Below, piece after piece: positions 9,859-19,392 of a stretch of 64,000 nucleotides of DNA (within the stretch, counting starts at the first letter, position 1; each line of letters opens with the position of its first letter). Source of the stretch: Thermodesulfobacteriota bacterium (lineage in GTDB: Bacteria > Desulfobacterota_D > UBA1144 > Nemesobacterales > Mycalebacteriaceae); contig OZ242184.1 in NCBI GenBank assembly GCA_965205855.1, positions 1,280,001 to 1,344,000 on the forward strand, in the 5' to 3' direction. A program made the position numbers and the translations under genes. Under the pieces are notes generated by a model that ran no database searches, was not told the DNA's origin, and saw only the letters and a program-made list of their open reading frames with translations.

Positions 9859-10743
9859 TTAAAGGTTCGGAGAAAACCGCTCTCCGGTTTTCTCCCGCCA
9901 TCCCTCAATTCCGCACGCGAGAAAACACTCAAAACCGCCGGCCCTTTTTATTCGCTCAAACACGGGCGCGGCTTCCTTTTCATCCTGAAACACGGAAACA
10001 AAAGCGGAGCCCGAACCGGTCATCAAAAATGGAACGCCGTAACCGGCTTCTATCAGAGAGTAAAAACGCGCGAGTTCGGGGTAGAGCGAAAACGCAGCCG
10101 GCTGAAGGTCGTTTATCATCTCAACCGGAGGGTTCACATGCCAGAATTTTTCCGCGCTGCCGCGCGGCGGTATGTGCAACCCCAGCTCATCCCACCTGCG
10201 GTAAACTTCCTCCGTGCGGGACTCAAAACCGGGAAAACAGATCAGATAAACAAAAGAAGGGAAATTTTTCAACGGCTCCACGGTCGCGCCTGTTCCCGAA
10301 ATTCTGCAGGCACCGCACCTGAGAAAAAGCGGGACATCCGACCCGACTTTGTTTCCAATTTCACACAGGGTTTCATATCGCAGAACGTCGAAGATCCGGT
10401 TAAGACCCGCGAGAACGGCAGCGGCATTGCCGCTGCCACCGCCGAGACCGGCTCCCGAAGGGATGTTTTTTTTGAGAAATATCTCCACCCCGCATTCAAG
10501 ACCGGCCTCTTTGACAAACAGCTGCGCGGCAATAAAAGCGGTGTTCTCTCCGGCAGGAACCGGACACGGGCCGTCTATAATTAAGGAAACGCCGCCTTTG
10601 GGCAAGACCCTTATACGCACTTCGTCAAATATGCTCACGGGCTGAACGGTTGACTCTATATTGTGAAACCCGTTGTCTCGCAAATCAAGAACGCGAAGGT
10701 TGAGATTCACCTTTGCCGGAGACAGTACCGTGAACTCGCTCAT
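9859..10743 (-). CDS. ispE: 4-diphosphocytidyl-2-C-methyl-D-erythritol kinase
   Basis: SPAKVNLNL, KNIPSGAGLGGGSGNAA (GHMP kinase), GSDVP, MTGSGSA. Confidence 0.95.
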   Translation of the reverse strand: MSEFTVLSPAKVNLNLRVLDLRDNGFHNIESTVQPVSIFDEVRIRVLPKGGVSLIIDGPCPVPAGENTAFIAAQLFVKEAGLECGVEIFLKKNIPSGAGLGGGSGNAAAVLAGLNRIFDVLRYETLCEIGNKVGSDVPLFLRCGACRISGTGATVEPLKNFPSFVYLICFPGFESRTEEVYRRWDELGLHIPPRGSAEKFWHVNPPVEMINDLQPAAFSLYPELARFYSLIEAGYGVPFLMTGSGSAFVSVFQDEKEAAPVFERIKRAGGFECFLACGIEGWREKTGERFSPNL

Positions 10744-10782
10744 ATGCCGTGTTATTATGTTTTGAGCGCGTGGGCAAGTCCA

Positions 10783-11163
10783 ATGTTTTTTAAACTACTT
10801 CTGTTTTTTATCTCGGTGCCTCTTATCGAGCTGGCAATTCTTATCAAGCTTATCGGCGTGCTGGAAACGATTTGGATAGTTATCGCGACCGGTGTGCTTG
10901 GCGCTTATCTTGTGCGGCGGCAGGGAATGTCGGTTCTAATGTCAATACAGGGCGATTTGAGCAACAACAGGATACCTTCCGAATCTCTTATGGACGGGGT
11001 TATGATAATTGTCAGTGCGGTGTTGCTGCTTACTCCGGGACTGCTGACCGACTTCGCGGGATTTCTCCTCCTTATTCCCCGGATGCGGAGCACGGTTAAA
11101 ACATTGATTCGGAAACGCATTGAGAAAAAATTGGACATAATCGACATCAGTCCCGAGACGTAA
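10783..11163 (+). CDS. fxsA: FxsA family membrane protein
   Basis: MFFKLLLFFISVPLIEL...LLLTPGLLTD signature. Confidence 0.85.
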   Translation: MFFKLLLFFISVPLIELAILIKLIGVLETIWIVIATGVLGAYLVRRQGMSVLMSIQGDLSNNRIPSESLMDGVMIIVSAVLLLTPGLLTDFAGFLLLIPRMRSTVKTLIRKRIEKKLDIIDISPET

Positions 11164-11170
11164 GGAAGAC

Positions 11171-12565
11171 CTAAAACTCATCCTCGTCAAAACCTAGAGC
11201 CGCGTTGATTATCGCGGCCGCAACGCCGCTGCCTCCCTTTCTTCCTCTTATTACAACAAAAGGCACATCATCGCCCGCCGCCGCCTCAAGACGGGTTTTG
11301 GACTGCTCAACATTGACAAAACCAACCGGCGCGCCTATGACTCCGAGCGGATTAAAACGCTTTTGCTCCGTATTTAACCGCGAAAGCGTGTCCGCAATCT
11401 CAATCAAAGCGGTCGGGGCGTTTCCAACCGCGAAGAGAGCGGTCGGATGCTTTTGTATCGCGACTCTCATCGCCGCCTGACTTCTTGTAATTCCCTCTTG
11501 TGAGGCAATTTTCAGAGACTCAGGAGTGTCAAGATAGCAAAAGACCTTCGTGCCCTTCCTCTCCGCCAGCCTTTTTGAAACTCCGGCGAGGACCATTTTC
11601 ACATCGGTTACGATTTCACCGCCTGCGAGACCGAGGTTCCACTTTTCAATCGCCTCGTCCGAGCAGTGAAAAAGCGTCTCGTACTCAAAGTCCGCGGTTG
11701 TATGAACGCATCTTTTTATCGCCCTCAACGCTCCTTCCCCCGATGAGTTGGGAGACTTGAGAAACCTCTCCACGGTTTTAAAACTCTTCTTATAGATATC
11801 ATGTGCGGGATCGCTTGTGCCTAAGACATCATTCCGCTCGCTCCGGGGAGTTATCATTCTACCTCCGGCGCTGAATGTTGAAGAATTTCCTATTATCAAA
11901 ACCGTGAACATATTAACCTCTTCGGGACTTAACAGCTCAAGAGTCGTAACGTGCACTCTCTCTTCTTCCCTTGAGACATGGCGGACAACGCCAACTGGTG
12001 TCTGGGGGCCTCTAGCGGAAAGGAATATCTCAATGAGCCGCGGCAGTTGCCAGTATCTTTTCGTGCTTCGGGGGTTATGCACCACGGTAACAAAATCTCC
12101 GTTCGCGGCGGAAGCGATGCGTTTTTCTATCTTCCGCCACGGGGTCAGAAGGTCCGACAGAGAAATTGAACAGAAGTCGTGCCCGAGCGGAGCGCCCAGC
12201 TTTGCGGATGCCGCGACAAAAGCGCTCACGCCCGGAATCACGGAAACCTCCACCGGGCTTTTTCCGCGTTGTGCGGCAAGAAGAACAACGGACGCCATAC
12301 CGTAAATTCCACTGTCTCCGGAACTTATAACCGCGACATTACCGCCCTCTTTCGCAATCTCAAGAGCAATCTCCGCCCTTTCCGTCTCCTCTGAAAGTTC
12401 CCTCTTAATCCGCCTGCAACCGGGGGAAAGCAGATGCTCCACAAATCTGAAATAGTAACCGTAGCCAACCACCACCTCGGCGCGTCCGAGAGCTTGCATG
12501 GCAAGAGAAGTCAGATGCCCCTGCGCTCCCGGCCCTATCCCCACAACTGTTACGCTACCCGGCAC
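11171..12565 (-). CDS. cobJ: Fused precorrin-3B C17-methyltransferase (CobJ/CbiH) and precorrin-8X methylmutase (CobH/CbiC)
   Basis: N-terminal VVGIGPG, ISSGDSGIYGMA, GHDFCSISLSDLLTPW; C-terminal HTTADFE, TRSQAAM, GNAPTAL, PVGFV, GRKGGS. Confidence 0.9.
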   Translation of the reverse strand: MPGSVTVVGIGPGAQGHLTSLAMQALGRAEVVVGYGYYFRFVEHLLSPGCRRIKRELSEETERAEIALEIAKEGGNVAVISSGDSGIYGMASVVLLAAQRGKSPVEVSVIPGVSAFVAASAKLGAPLGHDFCSISLSDLLTPWRKIEKRIASAANGDFVTVVHNPRSTKRYWQLPRLIEIFLSARGPQTPVGVVRHVSREEERVHVTTLELLSPEEVNMFTVLIIGNSSTFSAGGRMITPRSERNDVLGTSDPAHDIYKKSFKTVERFLKSPNSSGEGALRAIKRCVHTTADFEYETLFHCSDEAIEKWNLGLAGGEIVTDVKMVLAGVSKRLAERKGTKVFCYLDTPESLKIASQEGITRSQAAMRVAIQKHPTALFAVGNAPTALIEIADTLSRLNTEQKRFNPLGVIGAPVGFVNVEQSKTRLEAAAGDDVPFVVIRGRKGGSGVAAAIINAALGFDEDEF

Positions 12566-13277
12566 AGTTGATCCTCTTTGAGATTATCAGCAGGGAAAAA
12601 TACCTAATTTTCGAATCTTCAATTTCGGCAGCGCAACCCGTTATAAAATGCTCCTCTCCTCCAATGTCCCGGCAAAAAAGAAACTCAAGCCCTTTCTCAC
12701 GGATGAGCCTCGCAAGCACCGCGGCACGGGTCGGTTTGAGAACTACTACGGTTTCAAACCGCTCAAGTGCAAGTTCCATATCCCGCTCCGGAGAACCGCC
12801 CGGAATCACGGCTATTTTGTCATTATCAAGACCAAGACAAACGGCCGCTGCTGCAGCCGCTGCGGACGGAGAGGAAACACCGGGAATCAGTTCAAAATTC
12901 CCCTCGAAAACATCATCGCATAAAATACGAAACGTTGTGCTGTAAAGAGAAAGACACCCTTCGCATACAACCGCCACATCAAAGCCGTTGCACAGGTCTT
13001 TAAGGAACATTTCTCTCACGCGCCGGTAGGAATCTTCCGCCGCATTCCTGTTTTCCATGCTCACTTCAAAGGGCTTTGCCGTGCTCTCAAGGCCGTAGTG
13101 GCACAGAATGGACAAACAGCGGCTTGCCCCCGAACCGAGCGAGGAAACTGGATAGTAAATTCTGTCCGATTCTTTCAACGCCTCAACAGCCCTGACGGTT
13201 ATCAGGTCCGGCGCGCCGGGACCAAGCGAAACTCCGCGAAGCCGTCCCGTTGGCCTCCGGTCATTTGTCCTGCTCAT
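12555..13277 (-). CDS. cobI: Precorrin-2 C20-methyltransferase
   Basis: GVSLGPGAPDLITVRA, EGCLSLYST, IPGVSS, C-terminal YFSL; cob gene context. Confidence 0.85.
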   Translation of the reverse strand: MSRTNDRRPTGRLRGVSLGPGAPDLITVRAVEALKESDRIYYPVSSLGSGASRCLSILCHYGLESTAKPFEVSMENRNAAEDSYRRVREMFLKDLCNGFDVAVVCEGCLSLYSTTFRILCDDVFEGNFELIPGVSSPSAAAAAAAVCLGLDNDKIAVIPGGSPERDMELALERFETVVVLKPTRAAVLARLIREKGLEFLFCRDIGGEEHFITGCAAEIEDSKIRYFSLLIISKRINCAG

Positions 13278-14193
13278 TCAAACTGCCTTCGGAGGGAAGC
13301 ACTCCCCTGACGTGGAAGTGGTGTCCGACCTGTTCTTTGCCCGCATCACCCTCAAAGCCGATTATCTGCGTTCTGTATTTGCACAGTTGGCAATTCATAT
13401 TGGCACTCCCCGCCTCAACTTCCCCAACCCTCTCGTCAAGGATATCAAGTATCAAACCGTGAGAGCCAAAAGGTTCGGTGAACACAATCTCTTTTTTAGA
13501 AACCGCACGGTGCTTTTCAATCTGAGAGTGGATTTTTTTCAAAAGCACTCCCGTGAAAAGAAACACTGGAACGGCGACTACTCTTGAATAGGGAAGACAC
13601 TCAAGAAGTTTGAGAGTCTCCTCAAGGTTGGGCTTTGTAACCCCTATATAAGCGGTGTGCGAAAAACCGAAACCCATTCCCTCTTCAAGCATCCTCGCCA
13701 TTTTTGCGACATCGGAATTCCCGTCCGGATCGGAGGTCCCTCTGCCTACAAGTAACAGGCAGGTATTTTCCCTTGGAGCGGGAGGCAGGCTTCGTTCGCA
13801 CTTTTCTATGAGCAGACGGCACAGTTGAAGCAGCTGCGGAGAAACGCCGAGAAAACTTCCGAACCGTATGCTAAGGTCTTTATAAGCTGCCTGTATAGAG
13901 TTCATCTCAAAGGGCATATCATTTTTGGCATGTCCGCCGGCAAAAAGAATGGCGGGAAGAGAGATAATGTCACTGACCCCCTTTTCCCTCATCACTCTTA
14001 CCGCGGAATCGAAAGTCGGGTGGGCAAACTCGAGAAACCCGTAGTCCACTACCATATCGGGATGACGCCGCCTCATTGCCAGAACCAGATTTTTAAAACC
14101 CTCCACCCCTTCGGGATCACGGCTTCCGTGCCCGCAAATTAGAATGCCTTTCCCAGCGGCGGACGGCGATGATATTTCACTTTGAGAATTCAA
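13261..14193 (-). CDS. cbiX: Sirohydrochlorin cobaltochelatase, long form
   Basis: GHGSRD, GGHAKND, GRGTSDPD; C-terminal MNCQLC motif and His-containing tail. Confidence 0.88.
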   Translation of the reverse strand: MNSQSEISSPSAAGKGILICGHGSRDPEGVEGFKNLVLAMRRRHPDMVVDYGFLEFAHPTFDSAVRVMREKGVSDIISLPAILFAGGHAKNDMPFEMNSIQAAYKDLSIRFGSFLGVSPQLLQLCRLLIEKCERSLPPAPRENTCLLLVGRGTSDPDGNSDVAKMARMLEEGMGFGFSHTAYIGVTKPNLEETLKLLECLPYSRVVAVPVFLFTGVLLKKIHSQIEKHRAVSKKEIVFTEPFGSHGLILDILDERVGEVEAGSANMNCQLCKYRTQIIGFEGDAGKEQVGHHFHVRGVLPSEGSLNEQDK

Positions 14194-14250
14194 TTATTTC
14201 CCGCGCAGACACAAACTCCCGCAAGCTGAGAGAATACTTGATTGAGAGTT

Positions 14251-15231
14251 TCAATTCCAAAATCCGCTCCAAATTACCGTCTTGACCGAGACAGCAAGTG
14301 CCACAGACACAACCATAACCGCATCGTTTACGGCTTTCGCGGTTTTATAGTCTGCTTGCGTAAGAACTCTGGGATTTCTCCCTATAAAGGGCTTACGCGA
14401 CTCCTTCCCACCATACGAAGCCGTTCCGCCGAAACGACAGTCCAGGATTCCCGCAAGTGCGGCTTGCATCAGACCCGCATTCGGGCTCGGATGATTTGCG
14501 CCGAACTCAAATATAAAAACAAAAGAGCGGATGCTAAAAGCGCAAACCGCCATAAAAAAGGCAGTGATGCGCGCGGGAATGAAATTTGCCACATCGTCAA
14601 TTTTTGCCGCCGCCATGCCGAATTTCCGGTAGCGCGTATTTTTGTATCCTATCATTGAGTCCAAAGTGTTGACGGCTTTGTAAGCCATCATTGCCGGAAC
14701 CCCACCAAGAAGAAAATAGAAAATCGGAGCTACAACGCCGTCAGACAGATTCTCGGACATGGTTTCAAGAGCGGCGGTTTTTATCCGCTCCGGACAAAGC
14801 TGCACGGTGTCTCGTCCGACAATCCTTGAAAGCCTCAAGCGCGCAAGCGGAATGTCACCGCTTTCAACAGCGGAGAACACAGCGCCGCTCTCCGATGTCA
14901 GACCCGTGCCTGCAAGACCGAAAAAAACAAACAGAGAGGCAAAAAAAACATACGCGACCGGGCCCGCGGAAACGGCGGCATCACGAAAATACACAAATAT
15001 CAGAAAAACCCCGGCAATTGTAACGACGGCGAGAATTGCGCCTTTAAGGTATAAGGCGGCTCCCCGGTTCAGAAATTTCTCACCGGCCGAAATAAAAACA
15101 CCGAAAAAACGGACAGGATTCGGAGGCAACCGCGGGTCTGCAAAAAGAAAATCGGCCACACAGGCGATTATCAAACAGAGGGCGGCAAGCGGAACCGGAC
15201 CGGAGGATAAATCAAGTGTCAAAAAGCCCAT
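14251..15231 (-). CDS. cbiB: Adenosylcobinamide-phosphate synthase
   Basis: IVGRDT, ETMSENLSDGVVAP, YKAVNTLDSMIGYK, DDVANFIPAR, HPSPNAG. Confidence 0.93.
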   Translation of the reverse strand: MGFLTLDLSSGPVPLAALCLIIACVADFLFADPRLPPNPVRFFGVFISAGEKFLNRGAALYLKGAILAVVTIAGVFLIFVYFRDAAVSAGPVAYVFFASLFVFFGLAGTGLTSESGAVFSAVESGDIPLARLRLSRIVGRDTVQLCPERIKTAALETMSENLSDGVVAPIFYFLLGGVPAMMAYKAVNTLDSMIGYKNTRYRKFGMAAAKIDDVANFIPARITAFFMAVCAFSIRSFVFIFEFGANHPSPNAGLMQAALAGILDCRFGGTASYGGKESRKPFIGRNPRVLTQADYKTAKAVNDAVMVVSVALAVSVKTVIWSGFWN

Positions 15232-15240
15232 TGTCGGGTC

Positions 15241-15318
15241 TGGTAGCCCCTACGGGATTTGAACCCGTGTTTCTACCTTGAGAGGGTAGCGTCCTTGGCC
15301 AGGCTAGACGAAGGGGCC
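15241..15318 (-). tRNA. tRNA-Glu (anticodon CTC)
   Basis: Reverse complement GGCCCCTTCGTCTAGCCTGGCCAAGGACGCTACCCTCTCAAGGTAG...GGTTCAAATCCCGTAGGGGCTACCA. Confidence 0.96.
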
Positions 15319-15333
15319 GTAAACAGAAAGTCT

Positions 15334-15362
15334 ATTTTATACGGGAATGGGGCAATTTTGAA
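15334..15362 (-). promoter_or_regulatory. Candidate sigma70 promoter for tRNA-Glu and the cob genes
   Basis: TTCAAA-17 nt-TAAAAT on the minus strand just upstream of the tRNA. Confidence 0.45.
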
Positions 15363-15376
15363 AACCTCGAGGAGAC

Positions 15377-16534
15377 TTATTTGGACTTTTTATTCCAGAA
15401 AGTGCTTATGACCTTACGCGTGTAGGCGGGTTTGTCGAAAGGATCGTCTCTGTCTTCCTTAGCCTCGGCGGTGGTGGCATTGATATTATTACCGAAACCT
15501 CCGTCATCCGAACCTTGTACCGTTGCGACTGCGACAAGCGGCGGCGCTTTCACGGAGGGAACAACTGAATCATCTCTGATTCCGGTGGCAACTATCGTAA
15601 CCTTGACCTCCTTGCCGATATCACTGTCTAGAACAAGACCGACTATAAGGTTCAATTTCTCGTTCGCTTTCTGCATTACGTAGTCGCACACTTTTTTTAA
15701 CTCGTCAATACCGAAATCGGACGGGGCGGTTACGTGAAGCAAAACCCCTTTCGCACCTTCAATTGAGAGTGAGCCCAGAAGCGGACTTTCAACCGCTATC
15801 TCGGCGGCTTTCACCGCTCTGTCTGCGCCCTCGGCGATACCGGTTCCCATTATCGCCTTGGAGCCTTCTTGTCTCATTATGCTTCTGACATCGGCAAAAT
15901 CCATGTTTATGTGACCGGGAGTGTTGATAATATCCGTTATTCCGCTAACGGCACGGTAAAGCACATCAGTGGCGCAGTCAAAACCTTTCTTTAGGGAAAC
16001 GGAATTTTCATCGCTGTGGAGTTTGTCATTTGGAATCACTATCAGAGTGTCAACTTCTCTTTCAAGTTTTTTCAGCCCTTCCATCGCCAGTTGATTTCTC
16101 GTCTCGCCTTCGAAACTGAACGGGATGGTAACTATCGCCACTGTCAAAGCCCCGACTTCCTTTGACACTTTGGAAACCACGGGCGACGCCCCTGTTCCGG
16201 TTCCACCTCCCAGACTCGCGGCGATAAAAACCATATCCGCGCCGTCAAGAGCTTCGGCTATTCTCGCTTTGTCCTCGGTTGCGGCTTCCTCTCCCACGGT
16301 GGGGTCTCCTCCCGCGCCGAGACCTTGAGTGGAGCGATTGCCCACTTGCAGTTTCACATACGCTTTCGATGTTTTCAAATTTTGCGAATCGGTGTTGACG
16401 GCAATAAAGTCAACCCACTTCAGCCCTTTTTCAATCATTGAGTCAAGCGCATTGCAACCGCCGCCGCCGACGCCGACAATTTTGATTTTGGCTTTTAAAT
16501 GTGAGTCAGGAGGAACTATGGTAAAGCTCACCAC
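15377..16534 (-). CDS. ftsZ: Cell division protein FtsZ
   Basis: GVGGGGCNA, GGGTGTG tubulin signature, INMDFADV, C-terminal DKPAY peptide. Confidence 0.98.
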   Translation of the reverse strand: MVSFTIVPPDSHLKAKIKIVGVGGGGCNALDSMIEKGLKWVDFIAVNTDSQNLKTSKAYVKLQVGNRSTQGLGAGGDPTVGEEAATEDKARIAEALDGADMVFIAASLGGGTGTGASPVVSKVSKEVGALTVAIVTIPFSFEGETRNQLAMEGLKKLEREVDTLIVIPNDKLHSDENSVSLKKGFDCATDVLYRAVSGITDIINTPGHINMDFADVRSIMRQEGSKAIMGTGIAEGADRAVKAAEIAVESPLLGSLSIEGAKGVLLHVTAPSDFGIDELKKVCDYVMQKANEKLNLIVGLVLDSDIGKEVKVTIVATGIRDDSVVPSVKAPPLVAVATVQGSDDGGFGNNINATTAEAKEDRDDPFDKPAYTRKVISTFWNKKSK

Positions 16535-16565
16535 AATCCGCCTCCGTGCCGTAAAGAATCTTCAA

Positions 16566-17798
16566 TTAGAAATATCCCGCGAACCATTGCTCCATCCAAT
16601 CTCGTATTCTCTGAAATGTTCTTTCTCCTCTGACTCTTATTTTATCAGACTTTCCCGAATATTTCACTCCGTAATGTATAAGACCGACTACTGTGGAATA
16701 TGCGGGGTTGAAGACCGCATCGCTACTACTTGCGATTCCAAAGGGAGATCCCAGTCTTGACTTCATGCCAAAAATTTCCTCCGCCATATCAACCGACCCC
16801 TTCATTATAAAGCTTCCGCCAGTAAGAATAATTTTTGCTATGGTGCTGTCCAAACTTACCGAATCGGGAATTTCGTTTTTCACGAGCGTAAGTATCTCCG
16901 CCATTCTTGATTCTACAACCTCGGAAACCTCCAACTGAGAAACAAACTGTGTCGTGTTGTCTGCGGTATGGACCTCTATATCCCTTGAATCGGAAGCCAT
17001 ATTCACAAGGGCGACTCCGTAATCCTCCTTGATTCTGCGCGACTCAAAATCGGTAACTGTGCTAAAACGGTGTGACAGGTCTCTGTCAATATGGTCTCCG
17101 CCAAGCGTTATGTTCTGAGTATATTCAAGGTACCCTTTTTTGAAAACCGCTATGTCGGTTGTCCCACCACCGCAGTCCACAAGCACCGCTCCCAAATCCT
17201 TTTCCGTCTCGGTCAAGACCGCCTCACCCGAAGCTATTTGTTCAAGAACAATGCCGTTGACATCTATCCCCGCCTCGCGCACGCACCTGATAAGGTTGTT
17301 TGTGTCCGCAACCTGCCCGGTAACTATGTGAACATAGGTCTCAATTTTACTGCCGTGCATTCCAAGAGGATTTTTGACCGCATCCTGGCCGTCTATTGAG
17401 TAGTTTCCCTGAACCACGTGAATAAGCTCCCTGTCCGCCGTCACGTTCCTAGCAGTAGCGGATTCCGTAAGACGGCTGATATCCCTGTCCGTAACCTTCC
17501 CTTCGGCGATTCTAACAACTCCATGGGCATTCTGGCTTTTGATATGACCACCCGCTATGCCCACAAAAGCCGACCTTATTTCCTTGCCCGACATCGTCTC
17601 CGCCTTCTCAACGGCGGACGCTATACAATCGGTGGTCTCTTCCATGTCAACCACTATTCCCCTGCGCAAGCCCATTGAGGGATGCGTTCCGATACCAAGT
17701 ATGTTAATCTCGCTGTCTTTAACCTGCGCGACAATGGCACATGTCTTGGTTGTGCCAAGATCAAGCCCGATAAATATTTCCGCTTCCTCTCTGCCCAA
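16566..17798 (-). CDS. ftsA: Cell division protein FtsA
   Basis: GLDLGTTK, DCGGGTTD, LTGG actin-fold motifs; amphipathic C-terminus. Confidence 0.96.
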   Translation of the reverse strand: MGREEAEIFIGLDLGTTKTCAIVAQVKDSEINILGIGTHPSMGLRRGIVVDMEETTDCIASAVEKAETMSGKEIRSAFVGIAGGHIKSQNAHGVVRIAEGKVTDRDISRLTESATARNVTADRELIHVVQGNYSIDGQDAVKNPLGMHGSKIETYVHIVTGQVADTNNLIRCVREAGIDVNGIVLEQIASGEAVLTETEKDLGAVLVDCGGGTTDIAVFKKGYLEYTQNITLGGDHIDRDLSHRFSTVTDFESRRIKEDYGVALVNMASDSRDIEVHTADNTTQFVSQLEVSEVVESRMAEILTLVKNEIPDSVSLDSTIAKIILTGGSFIMKGSVDMAEEIFGMKSRLGSPFGIASSSDAVFNPAYSTVVGLIHYGVKYSGKSDKIRVRGERTFQRIRDWMEQWFAGYF

Positions 17799-17800
17799 AA

Positions 17801-18508
17801 TTAATTCTCTTTCAAACCGATTATGCCCACGCCTTGCCGGCGAAGGTTAATATACTTTGCCTTAAAGCCCAATGCATAAAGACTGTGATTGATTTTTTCA
17901 AGTTTTCTCCATTGCCCCTTTAAATCTTTGCCGTCAAGGTCCATTCTTGCCCCCTTGCGTGTAAATATCTCAAAAGAGTCGTGGGAAACAACAACCTCCG
18001 ATATGTCTTTCCAGCTCAGAGTTGAGGCGGCGGATAACGACAAATCAAGCGCGAGCAAACCATCTGCGATAAGTTCGGTGGGAGCCCTCAAAATCGGAAA
18101 ATCCATTCCATATGAGGCAACCGGCGCGGGACCCAGAACGCCCCCCGAAGAATCAACATAAAAAAGATTTCCGCCCTGCGAGACAAAAAGACAGAAAGGT
18201 TTTTTCTCCTTCACTTTGATTACAATTCCGCCCTTGAAATCCCTGTGAACGGAAACATCATCTATCCAGCGGTCTTCCCTGAGCACTCCCGCGACTCCGG
18301 GAAGGAGCCAGGTTTTTCCGCCCGCGGCGGGTATCCCAATTCTTTTCAAGACACTGATTTTGGAAACCGCAAGCGCTCCGTCAATTGAAACCGTGTCTAT
18401 AAAAAACGCCGCGCGCGCGGCAAAAAACGCGGCGGCAAAAAACACGACGGCAAAAACGGGCATCACCATCTTGTGCTTAAAAACGCTTTTTTTCTTTTTT
18501 CCGGTCAG
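17801..18508 (-). CDS. ftsQ: Cell division protein FtsQ (start uncertain: ATG 18469 or CTG 18508)
   Basis: Single TM helix, POTRA-like WIDDVSVHRDF..IKVKEKKP, C-terminal YINLR; position before ftsA. Confidence 0.8.
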   Translation of the reverse strand: MTGKKKKSVFKHKMVMPVFAVVFFAAAFFAARAAFFIDTVSIDGALAVSKISVLKRIGIPAAGGKTWLLPGVAGVLREDRWIDDVSVHRDFKGGIVIKVKEKKPFCLFVSQGGNLFYVDSSGGVLGPAPVASYGMDFPILRAPTELIADGLLALDLSLSAASTLSWKDISEVVVSHDSFEIFTRKGARMDLDGKDLKGQWRKLEKINHSLYALGFKAKYINLRRQGVGIIGLKEN

Positions 18509-19392
18509 ATTATCCGAACCTCTGTTTCCAAATTTATTCCCCTCTCTTCAAGCGCTCTGTCGCGTGCGATTTGTATGAGTTTCAGAACATCGGACGCTTT
18601 CGCGCCGCCTTTGTTGACTATAAAATTCGCGTGAATGCCGGAAAACTCCGCGGCGCCCACGGAAAACATTTTCATCCCTATTTCCTCAAGAAGCCGCCCT
18701 GCCTTTATTTGCGGGAGATTTTTGAAAATTGAGCCGGTATTCGCCCTGTTTACGGGTTGAGTTTTTTTTCTGCACTCAAGACTGCTCTTTATTACGGCAC
18801 GGCTTTGCGCCGGGTCTCCGCGCGTAAGGCGCAACCACGCCCTCAGCAATACCGAACCGGAAGGAAGCCCGCCCTTTCTGTAACCCCATTCCATTTCTCC
18901 GGAAGAGATTTCGCGTTCCTCGCCGTCTTGCCATACCGAAACCCGCTCAACAACCCCGGCAATCTCTCCGCCGTTTGCACCGGAGTTCATAAAAACCGCG
19001 CCGCCGACTGTTCCGGGAATTCCGGCGGCAAATTCAAGGCCGGAAAGTCCGCTTTCGGAAGTTCTGTTCATCACAGCCGCCAGCGAGGCACCGCAGTTCG
19101 CAACAACCGTGCAGCCTGCGCCTATTTCAAAGTTTTTAAGACGCCCCGTGCTCACTACCGCGCTGTCTATCCCCTCATCCCTAACTATGGTGTTCGAGCC
19201 CGCGCCGAGAACGGTGAAAGGCATTGACTCGCGAGACAGTATTTCAAGAGCACCGCAAAGCGCCCCCGGGGTTTTCGGATAGACAACAAGGCGCGCATCG
19301 CCGCCGACTCTCATCGCGGTATAGGAAGACATCGGGAAACCCGGTTCGGTCTCGCATCCGGCCCTGATTAACGATTTAACCAGATTTGTCAT
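18505..19392 (-). CDS. murB: UDP-N-acetylenolpyruvoylglucosamine reductase
   Basis: GAGSN, GIPGTVGGAVFMNSGA, GSIFKN, HANFIVN, LETEV. Confidence 0.95.
   Translation of the reverse strand: MTNLVKSLIRAGCETEPGFPMSSYTAMRVGGDARLVVYPKTPGALCGALEILSRESMPFTVLGAGSNTIVRDEGIDSAVVSTGRLKNFEIGAGCTVVANCGASLAAVMNRTSESGLSGLEFAAGIPGTVGGAVFMNSGANGGEIAGVVERVSVWQDGEEREISSGEMEWGYRKGGLPSGSVLLRAWLRLTRGDPAQSRAVIKSSLECRKKTQPVNRANTGSIFKNLPQIKAGRLLEEIGMKMFSVGAAEFSGIHANFIVNKGGAKASDVLKLIQIARDRALEERGINLETEVRII

Noticed and set aside
14194-14250. Possible cobalamin riboswitch within or before the cob genes
   Set aside because: Intergenic gaps are too short and no B12-box was found.
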